A stretch of 37,468 nt of DNA, from contig BAAIJX010000052.1 in NCBI GenBank assembly GCA_054600435.1, forward strand, positions 124,001-161,468, in the 5' to 3' direction. The position numbers and the translations under genes were made by a program. The notes under the pieces were generated by a model that was not told where the DNA came from, did no database searches, and was given only the letters and a program-made list of their open reading frames with translations. Shown piece by piece: positions 1 through 9,100 of this stretch (position 1 is the stretch's first letter; each line of letters opens with the position of its first letter). Source of the stretch: Neophaeotheca triangularis (lineage: Eukaryota).

Positions 1-1537
1 ACGAGCGCCACTACCGACTGCGGCGATCCGAATGGCCACCGGAAGCTGGCGAGGATGGTGGGGGGATCGAACTCAATGATGATAATGCAGGTGTAGGTGC
101 TAGTGGGTGGGCATCCAACCCGGCACGTTTTGCCATTCCGCTAGGCCACCAGGTCCAAGCTGATAATTATTATTATTACAAGTTGTAATAATAAAATCGG
201 CAGCGCACGTGGGCCATGACTGACCGCAAGAGTGGCGGCATCCGGAGCTGATGAGAGTTATACCTACCCAACTCTACAGGAGAGAGTTGCGTCAAAGCAA
301 AGTCAAAAAGCCAAACCTTACAGCAGTTCAGCCTGCGGACGTATAGCGACGCACGCGACCTGACGCTCACCGAGGCAGGCGGCTCTACAAAAGCCTTGTA
401 ATCATAGGTAAAACGGCACTCGACGCATCATGTTGGCAAGGAGAATCAATACTCCACCAGTAGCAGTGAAAGACAGAACTGACGGGCACTTTTTACACTT
501 TTTCCCTTTCCCAAAACATCCCTCCCGCTTTTTCATCAGCGTTTGCCAGCAGGCGAGGAGGGGGAGGTGAGGCCAGCGATCCACCCAATCGACCCCCGGC
601 ACTGCGGTCGCCACCCGTCGACGCTTTAATGATAAAAGGTAGTGCTAAGGTAATAATGACATGCGCGGCAGTCGGCTCGTTCGCTACCTCCCGCTTTCAA
701 TGCATAATCAACAATAAACAAACGACCCGGTGTACGGCGTGAAAGTATAATAAATCAGCCACCACACGATTCATGTTCGACGTGATGGTGAATCCTGAAT
801 CCTGAACCCATCCTGATATAGGCAGACTCGCTCGAAGCTTTCCAGTCTTCGGCCACTCCGAGAGAAAGTCTCTCGAGTAGTCTAGCAAAACTTAACACTG
901 CCCACATGCCTGCAGTTGGAGTTTACAAATTGTGCAGATGTGGGCTCCGCCTACCTAGGTAGTTTGACCGGCGTGTCGGGTCGCTGGTCTTTTACAGCTT
1001 GGCAGGGAGGTACTAGTAGTTGTAGTAGTAGGTACCTCCCTGGTGTCCACACTAACTACTACTACTACTACATACAGGACCATCAGCATGGGTTGGCGAA
1101 TCAGCTAATTCGATCTGCGTGGCCGCAGTAATGCGTGTGCTCTGTCCTTGGTATCGGGGGGCAGGCTTGTAGACTCGCAGGTGTCCCCTGAGTCAGGGCG
1201 GCAGCGTTCCTGTCACCGACTCACCGTCTCCCCGCCGGGGAGAAACATGGGTCGGAAATCTTATCAAGCATATTTCCGACGCGGGCACGGGCACGGGCGA
1301 AAAAAGGCAAGTCTTCACGCCGTCCAGAACTAGGTACTGGCTTTCACCGCAAATAATTATTGCCAGGCTCGAAGAAGGTGGTCTCAACTTTCTTTCGCCT
1401 CGTCCTTGCCCGAGATGAGTTTGGTGTTACCCACAGCCTATGTAGGTAAGCCTGGACAGCCTCGTTGGCTGGGGGAAAGAGGAAGTCACTATGGCATCAA
1501 TGATCATCACCCTTCGGGCGCCCACAATGCATTGTTA

Positions 1538-3060
1538 TTACTCAGTGACCCTATCTCTCCCGCTCTCGGCCTCGATCTGCCTGACCTTCTCATCCACCAC
1601 ACCCGCTTTCCTGCGCGCGTCCAGGTACATCATAAACTCGGTGTAGTTCCGAGGCATGACCTTGATATCCCTATCGACGGTAAAGGTGTAGTTGAATTGG
1701 CCAGTGGGCTTGGTGGAGCCGTGTTCGACGTTGCGGACTTTGGAGTCCACTCTGACGACGACGCGGGTGCTTTTGCTGCCGCCTTCCGGGGGCCGGGCTT
1801 GGGCGTCTGGTGAATGCCCATTGTCGACGAGTGGTGGGTCTGTGTATACTACTGTTGCCGTTAGGTAGAGGACGCTGCCGACCGGGACGGGGTTTTGAAA
1901 GGTTGACGGGTCGAGAGAGACAAAGGTCGGGCGTGTGCGGGCGAAGCTCGAGGCACAGCAGAAGGCGAGCTCGAAGGCTGATCTCAGTAGTCGTCCTCCG
2001 AATATCATGAAATTGTGGCTTTGGTATCGTTAGCGTCTGCTCCTTATCGTGTGACAAGGCATGGGAAGGCGGACTCACCGGTTGCGATATTGCGGTTGCA
2101 TAATGTCCGCTGTCGACAGTTTCGTAGCGTCCATGAAGTGCACGTTATCCGGCTTCCGTAAGGGGTCGTTTGGGTCGTGGTACTTGAGTTGCTTCAGCCA
2201 CATGGCGTGTATGAGATCAGACTCCTCGTCGTTAGGTGTCTGCTTCAGCAACGATCGTCTCGAAAGCTCTTTGCGGTGTTGATTGTTCTTCTCGCCTCTC
2301 GCAAACAAACTCTTCTCCTCTTCCGTGTCTGTCCGGACGGGATTGATGCTCACTGGCTTCTTGGTGCCTGGGTCGAGAGACACCATGGTCATCTGGCAAG
2401 TCATCATCACCTCTTCGGGCTTGACTTTCTCGCCTTCTTTGGGCGCCTTCGCCACTTGAAGACTGATCTCCATTGAACTCCTGCCCGTGGCGTAAGTTAC
2501 CTGACCGCTGAGCTCTAGATCGCAGATCTCTTTCAGGGGGTGATTGATGGTGATGCGATCGCAAGCTGCCGTTACCGTGGTCACGTCGTCTCCAGTATGC
2601 TTGTATGCCACAACGCCGGAGAGGGCATCGAGATCCATGAACAACGCACCGAGACGGATATGGCCAGATGCATTGAGGTATGTGTCTAGTAACCAAGGAT
2701 CCTGCGCCAGTGGCAGTACCTGTAACGAGAGTTTTAGTGGACAGTCGCTTGAATTGGCTCCTGGTGCCTACCTACCACGCTATGGTAGCTATCGGACATC
2801 CTCTTGGGTGAAAGATCGCGGTTGGAAGGAGTTTGGGGCGCTTCCGACGGCTGACTCCCATCCTGGGCTTCTCTCTGCTGCTTTCGCAATGCTTCAATCC
2901 ATGGCGTCTGAATCCTACTCTCGGTCAAATCACGAAAGACACCATCAGTCTCTCTTCTGCTTGTTGCGGAGAGGAAGCGCTTTGCCTGTGTGGGAAACGT
3001 GTTGCAGCGTCTCACTAAGCTATATGGACGCGACGCTCTTGTTATCAGGTATCGCGACAT
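1538..3060 (-). CDS. Mitochondrial-type acyl-CoA thioester hydrolase (double HotDog fold, ACOT9-like), 3 exons, ~468 aa
   Basis: Exons 3060-2776, 2719-2079 and 2018-1538 join in frame across introns 2775-2720 (GTAGGT..CAG) and 2078-2019 (GTGAGT..GCTAAC..AAG). Motifs DTYLNASGHIR, MDLDALSGVVAYKH, VTAACDRI, TGRSSME and RNRHNFMIFGG..FELA. Arg/Ser-rich N-terminus resembles a mitochondrial presequence. Confidence 0.9.
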
Positions 3061-3554
3061 TGTATTTTATCGCGTGATTATCGAGCAAAGAATGTACAAG
3101 TAGTCGAATTTTGTGAAGCTGATGATTTCCGTTTCACCGGCGGTCGTTACTACCACGCTTGGTTAAACTAGAGAAATACGCGGGTAATCTGAAGATTCAT
3201 AGAGGTGTAAAGTGCTTGATAGCAGAACAATGGCTCTGTGAAACTACCTCCTGTATGCCTGTAGTCGAGAACAACTTGCCTACTAACTACATACCAGTAG
3301 ATAGGCTTTCCATGTTGGAGGTAGTGCTAGAGTTTGGGATAAGCTGACCGAGCCCCACCCGTGAACACCCGAAGCAATGGGACAGCGAGGCAATCGCGTA
3401 TCGACAAGAGGTATAGATAGATATTCCTTGAACAATTCGCAAAGTGTCGGTCAAACCAAAAGCACCTCAAAAAATCAATGGAATGCATCAAAAGGTAAGA
3501 GGGACCAGAAAATGGTGATTAGATTGGCATAAGGCGTTGGTTAAGAAAAAGTTC

Positions 3555-3562
3555 AAAAAAAA
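3555..3562 (-). terminator. RNA polymerase III oligo(T) terminator (T8) of the tRNA-Pro gene
   Basis: A8 on + (T8 on -), starting 12 nt downstream of the discriminator base at 3574. Confidence 0.8.
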
Positions 3563-3593
3563 TGTAACGATTTGGGTCGGGCCGGGATTCGAA

Positions 3594-3654
3594 CTATTCG
3601 GATATCGTTAGAACAAGACCATTGGAATATGTCTGATTAATAGTAGATGCTTAC
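3594..3654 (-). other. Spliceosomal-type intron (61 nt) between tRNA positions G53 and T54
   Basis: GTAAGC donor, TCTAAC branch motif (CTAAC at 3611-3607), AATAG acceptor. Removal restores CCGGG-TTCGAAT-CCCGG. Confidence 0.85.
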
Positions 3655-3670
3655 CCCGGGGCCTCTCGCA

Positions 3671-3709
3671 TTGATGCTCACGTGAACGTGAACCCGGACT
3701 CAGAGTGTA
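3671..3709 (-). other. Canonical tRNA intron (39 nt) at position 37/38
   Basis: Lies one base 3' of the anticodon (after G37) and has no AG end, so it fits a tRNA-endonuclease intron rather than a spliceosomal one. Confidence 0.85.
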
Positions 3710-3736
3710 CCCTAAGCGAGAATCATACCACTAGAC

Positions 3737-3796
3737 CTTTGAAGCGAAAGTCAGTACTGAGTCTGCTTGGGAGACGTTCAGTTTGGGGAGAGATAC
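3737..3796 (-). other. Spliceosomal-type intron (60 nt) between tRNA positions 9 and 10
   Basis: GTATCT donor, ACTGAC branch motif (CTGAC at 3754-3750), TTTCGCTTCAAAG 3' end. Removal restores the acceptor stem and T8-G9-G10. Confidence 0.8.
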
Positions 3797-4310
3797 CACT
3801 CGACCACTGGACTTCATTTCTAGAGCTGATGTCCTAATTAGGAAGCTAGACCGAAGAATTTTGGACGCAAGCTGATGTAGATTGCTGATGTAAGCCGAAC
3901 GCCATTTTGTATTATAATAGCTAACAGTTGGTCGGCCACGGACATGGGGTGAAGCGTTGATGGTCATTGGAATTAACGAGCAGAGGCAAAGATTCAAGAA
4001 CACCTGGAGCGCCTGAGGCATGATTAATGATGATAAAATCAAGATTCGACCTCACAGATGTCGCCATGACACGACAAAATCGGAAAACACAAGCGATATC
4101 TTTTGACGTCCACTACTTGGATGGTGGCAAATTGGGAAAAAGAGATATAACAAAATTTGAGCCGCGTTATTAGTGTTTTCCACCTATTGATGGAAATGCG
4201 TAGCCTTAGGAAGACGCGAAAAGAGTACTCGTACACGCAAGTTTCCTCCAAGGCTTGAGAAGACTACTGAACACCGAAGCTACCTCCCCGCACTACAGCA
4301 ATACCTATCC

Positions 4311-5594
4311 CTAATCAACCTCATCGAAAGGCACGCTCAATTTCCGCCTCTCCTCCCCGTACAATTCCCATCTTTTGGCAAAATACTCCGCCCCAAGCCC
4401 TGTGCTGACCACACCACCAGTGAGCCACGCACCTTTCTTGAACCAAGCCCAACAGTCACGCACACTCTTCAAATCCACCTTCCTTATCATATATCCCAAA
4501 CTCCCCGCCGCGCCGCCACAAACACCCACGTAGAATACCGGCCCAGCCGCAATCGCATATCCTGCGCCCGCCAGCAGCGCGACTTGCACAGCCGAAACCG
4601 CGGATAAGAAGCGTTTCCCATTAGCCTCCTGCGCGAGAGCGATGCTCTTGATGCCCGCAGCCACGTCATCGCGGATGTCCTGGTAGGCGTAGATCATGTC
4701 GTAGACGAGGGTCCAAGCTACGCAGCTTGCGTACAGACAGACCGCAGACGCGAGAGCGGGCATGTTGTGAAGGAGATCCACGCCCAGAGCCGGAAAGCCC
4801 ATGATTGCGCCCCAACTAAATGTCAGGCCGAGGACGAATTGTGGGTAGTTTGTGACGCGTTTGGCGAGAGGGTAGGTGCCTACGAGAAAGAGGGAGGGGA
4901 TGCCGTAGTAGAGGCATTGGGAGGGGAATTGTAGAAGGATGGCTAGGCCGGTGAAGAGTTGTACGCCGAGGAAGGGGATGGCTTGGTGGACGGAGATCGC
5001 GCCACGGGCAATTGGACGGAGCCGTGTGCGTGTTACGTGAGGGTCGAGGTTGCGGTCCCAGATGTCGTTGATCGTGCAACCTGCGCCGCGCATTATCAGA
5101 GCACCAGAAAAGAAGAGAGTGCTAGTTGTAAGGACGGTTAGGGGCGAAATGATGGGGTCGGTGAGAGGTGCAGCTAGTAGAGTGCTGAAGAGGCAGGGAA
5201 AGAAGAGGTAGTAGGTTCCTGTAGGCTTGTCGAGGCGTATGAGTTCGGCATACGGAACCCATGAGGCTGGTAGCAGCGACAGTAGGCCGGTCGTTGGTGG
5301 TGTGTATGGAGTGGGCTGCGGCTTAATCTGAACCTTTCTTGAGACATTCTGTCCCTCAGTCGACACCCATTGTTTCTGTGCTCTTGAATGTCTCACAGGG
5401 TCCAAACTTTTCCCTTCACTGCGGTAGTCGAACTTAGGTGGCTGCAGAGAGTTATGAGGCAGCGTTCTCAGATGCCTTGCAGATCCGGCGTTCGAACTCC
5501 CAAGTGAGTGTGGCTGGCGCGATAATTTCGAGAAAGAGCAATGTGACGATCGGAGCGTGGAAAGGCGGTATCGCAAGAGGAGTAGGTTCGCCAT
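4311..5594 (-). CDS. COQ2: 4-hydroxybenzoate polyprenyltransferase (UbiA family), mitochondrial, 427 aa, single exon
   Basis: ELIRLDKPTGTYYL, RGAGCTINDIWDRNLDPHVTRTRLRPIARG, YPLAKRVTNYPQ and YDMIYAYQDIRDD motifs; basic N-terminal presequence. Confidence 0.97.
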   Translation of the reverse strand: MANLLLLRYRLSTLRSSHCSFSKLSRQPHSLGSSNAGSARHLRTLPHNSLQPPKFDYRSEGKSLDPVRHSRAQKQWVSTEGQNVSRKVQIKPQPTPYTPPTTGLLSLLPASWVPYAELIRLDKPTGTYYLFFPCLFSTLLAAPLTDPIISPLTVLTTSTLFFSGALIMRGAGCTINDIWDRNLDPHVTRTRLRPIARGAISVHQAIPFLGVQLFTGLAILLQFPSQCLYYGIPSLFLVGTYPLAKRVTNYPQFVLGLTFSWGAIMGFPALGVDLLHNMPALASAVCLYASCVAWTLVYDMIYAYQDIRDDVAAGIKSIALAQEANGKRFLSAVSAVQVALLAGAGYAIAAGPVFYVGVCGGAAGSLGYMIRKVDLKSVRDCWAWFKKGAWLTGGVVSTGLGAEYFAKRWELYGEERRKLSVPFDEVD

Positions 5595-6178
5595 GGGCGG
5601 AGGACCTGCATACCTACCTCAATACTCGTGTCTCGTTCGAAGATGATTCGGGGAACCTACAAGTTGAGTGAGCAGCAACGAAGCTTAAAACATTACGAAG
5701 CAGCGACGATGATATTGACCATGAAAGGTAATGACCGAATCAGGAAGGTAAGTTGATGGTACGTTTGCTGCACTTGGGCAAGCTGTGAGATCTTGAGGAG
5801 ATGTTCCAAAGTGAAGGGCTTGGCAGTCTGCTTACTCATCGTGCGCAGGTAGGTAGCTTCCCCCCGCGATATACCTCCGACTTTCAACCTCCAACCTCCC
5901 ACCGCGCACAATCTTGCTTTTGTCCGCACTCACCCGCCTCACCGCACTGTTTTTGCTTGCCTGTTCACTTGTAAGCAAAGCTCGAGTGAGCTCTTCCCGA
6001 AGTCTGGCGCGTCAAAACACCCTCACATTGCTACACGAACGAACGCGCCGCATACAGACTATGCGACAACGGCTGGAGCCTTAATCGCGCGTCTTACGAA
6101 TTGTCACCCCAACTCGTCCTCTACTCAGCATATCGGCGGCTTACACTGAAGTGCCTGGCGGCAGCACTTACCCTCACC

Positions 6179-9100
6179 ATGCCGGCCCAGACGCCTCGGG
6201 CGTCCTTTCAGCCTATTCCGCCCAACTTCGACGTCAAGCAGCTTGTCGAGTCGACCAACAACTTCTCCTATGTCGATCGAATCAGCTATGATATGATTGA
6301 ACAGCAGGGGCAGGCTGCTTTTGAGCGCCTGGTTACTCTGCACGTCGTCGTGGGCGGTAAACCCCTGGTCATCGACGGTTTCGACGAGTTGCTGGATCCG
6401 TGGACATTCAGTGCAAAGTGGCTACGAGACAACGCTGGTGACAGACCGGAGAATGCGCGCAACCTCACCAACAAGGACAGCTTGCCACTCACGATGGCGC
6501 ACTATCTCAAGAACATGGGGCTTCTGACGAACCAATTCTTCGATGAGCCTGGCGCGTATGCGGAGAAGAAGAGGCAGAGGGTTTATCTTAAGGATATTGA
6601 TTGCCCGGAGGTTTGGGAGAACAAGCTAAAGGAACACATCCCAAGTTCACTTTTCTATCTCAACGACAGCACTGGTGAGCATGGTGGACTAGGGTCTGTA
6701 CCAGATCCGAACAGCAACGTTCCCGGTAGGCGTCTTGGGAAGGGCATTGCAAGAGCAGGGGATCTTATGAGCTCGTTGCCGCCGGAGATGAGAGCAGAGA
6801 ACTTGATGTGTTATATTGGCCACGAAGGAACGTACACACCCGCGCACCGAGAGATGTGCGCTAGCTTAGGGCAGAACATCATGGTCGAAGCTTCGAAGAC
6901 GGTTTCGGATGAGGGCAAGGCCGAGAAGCCGGGGTCCTCACTGTGGTTCATGACAGAATCAAAAGATCGCCACACTGTCTCCGAATACTGGCTCAGTGTC
7001 CTGGGTCATGACATCGAGGTCGAGAATCACTTTGCCCAGGTTGTCGCATGGAAGAAGGCACCGTTCAGTGTCTACGTTGTGGAACAGCGGCCAGGAGACT
7101 TAATCCTGATACCACCACTCGCCCCACACCAGGTCTGGAACCGTGGCACTCGCACCATGAAAGTCGCCTGGAATCGTACGACAGTTGAGACGCTGGAAAT
7201 GGCTATCAATGAAGCATTGCCACGCAGCCGCATCGTTTGCCGAGACGAGCAGTACAAGAACAAGGCCATTGTCTACTACACCCTGCAAAAGTACAGTTCA
7301 CTTCTTGCGCTGGCTCAGCAGCAGGCGTCTCGCATGCCAGCCGACGCCGCGGACGAACTTCTTTCCAAAGGCAAGGTCAGACAATTGGCAAAAGACTTCA
7401 AGCGACTGTTCTACTTGTACCGGCAGATCTTGCTTAGCGAAATGTTCAACCCCGAAGACCGCGACAATCCCAAGGCACTCGAATATCTGCCATTCGACTC
7501 TCATGTCACCTGTGCATACTGCCGAGGCAACATTTTCAACCGCTTCCTTAGTTGTCCATCGTGCAAGGACCTGCTGGGTCACCACGCCGACAATGAAGAT
7601 GGGGATCCGTACGATGTCTGCCTAGACTGCTACGCCATGGGTCGTTCTTGTGGTTGTCTCAGCAACCTCAAATGGGTTGAGCAGTTCAGGTGGAAGGAGC
7701 TGAGTGCCAAGTACGAGAGCTGGCGCAAGTTGATCATCGCATTGGAAGGCGGCACCACCGAGAAGACGCCGTTGCCTATCAACGAAGAACGCAAGCGTTA
7801 CGGGAAGCGCACTTTAGCAGAAGTCTGCAAGCTTCAGCTCAAGCGTAGGCCCTTCAAGGACGTCGTAAAGCCAACCAAGGACGCAAAATCAAGCGAAAGC
7901 GAGGAAGAGATTGACATGAACGACGACGGAACTGTCAAGAAGATCAAGAAGAAGCGTTCACCGGCCTGGCTCAAGAGCAACCATTCCTGCCATGTCTGCT
8001 TGAAGCGTCACCCAGCCTGGAAAATGGCTTCCTGCACCACTTGCGATCGTTGGTGGTGCTATGGCTCGCTTTTCAGAGGTTGGGACAAGATGCCCTTGGA
8101 GATTATGGAGAACCCTGACTTTAGTTGCCCGCACTGCTTGGGGATATGCTTCGCAGGATCCTGCAGGCGTGAGGGCAAGGGCGTTCCATACGAGCCGAAA
8201 GGTACCCTCCTAGGCCACGACACGAAGAAGGTCGCAGATGTCAGGAGTGTTGAGGCGCTTGTCGATTTCAGCCACAGTAATCTCAATTGGCTGAAAGACA
8301 ACGAGGAAGCGCGCACTGGGGAGACCACCAGGCTGAAGCGTGCCAGAGCCGAAGCTCAAAGGGCCAAGGAAGCCGACCCATCGCTCGACGATGATGAAGC
8401 CCACCACGAGCAGCCCGACGGTGGAGTGGATCAAAGCAGAGTGGACTTTGAATACTCACCCGGTGCCGAGGCCATCGACCCTGCGCTCGGTGGTGCCCCT
8501 CCGAGACAGGATCCCAACATAGATCCCGGCCTCGACGATAGCGACGATGCGATAGCTGCGCGACTACAGCAAGCAATGCTGCCGCCACCTGCCGCCATGG
8601 TCGCTGGTGCGCCCGCTCACAGTGCACCCGAGGGATACACCCCTGTTGGTTCTGCTGGATACGCGCCTCCCGCCGCACAGATGTACCAGCAAGGTGAAGA
8701 TGGTGAGTACAGCTATCCTGAACCCTATCAGCGACCTCAAAGCATCGAACCCACCGGAGACGATGGCAATGCCAACGGACGGAAACGCTCCCGCCAAGCG
8801 AACGAAGACGATGACTATGGCGACGAGGACATGGTCATGTCCTTCAAGCCCAAACCTAAGAAGCCTCGTCTCGCCGTTGCCGGCTTCCGCTCGACCGACC
8901 TTGCCGACGGCGCTACAGCCTCGAACAAAGCGAAGAGTGAAGCTCAACGGCAGTTCGAGAAAGAGAAGGAACGCAAGGCTGTCGACAAGGCAAAAGCCGA
9001 AGGGCGTTTCATCATGTTGCAGGCACGTCTCAAGGGCAAGCGCCGTATCGTGCAGCTCAAAGTTCCAGGTGCACGTCTTGCGCAACTCCTGGCTCAACAG

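Larger units (their letters stand above)
3574..3805 (-). tRNA. tRNA-Pro(AGG) gene in 4 exons (3805-3797, 3736-3710, 3670-3655, 3593-3574) with two spliceosomal-type introns and one canonical 37/38 intron
   Basis: Joined exons give GGTCGAGTG|GTCTAGTGGTATGATTCTCGCTTAGGG|TGCGAGAGGCCCCGGG|TTCGAATCCCGGCCCGACCC (72 nt). Acceptor stem GGTCGAG/CCCGACC (6 of 7 pairs, mismatch at 6-67), eukaryotic tRNA-Pro D arm GTCTAGTGGTATGATT, anticodon stem CTCGC/GCGAG with AGG at 3713-3711, T arm CCGGG-TTCGAAT-CCCGG, discriminator C. Confidence 0.9.

Noticed and set aside
1..1500. Short ORFs and possible transposon remnants at the window start
   Set aside because: No transposase or RT motifs, terminal repeats or RIP-like AT-rich block; treated as intergenic.
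3119..3193. TGATGA...CTGA pair resembling a C/D-box snoRNA
   Set aside because: No convincing terminal stem or rRNA-complementary guide that I can verify; it lies antisense to the thioesterase upstream region.
3594..3796. Idea that the GT-AG introns belong to an overlapping protein-coding gene rather than to the tRNA
   Set aside because: The flanking exon sequence is entirely tRNA, splicing restores the cloverleaf to the base, and I see no coding signal. A non-coding Pol II host transcript is not excluded.
3731..4042. 103-aa ORF overlapping the 5' part of the tRNA gene
   Set aside because: Non-ATG start and no recognisable motifs; the region is better explained by the tRNA exons and introns.
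6101..6178. TTG-initiated extension of the JmjC ORF
   Set aside because: Eukaryotic gene with a good-context ATG (CACCATG) at 6179.
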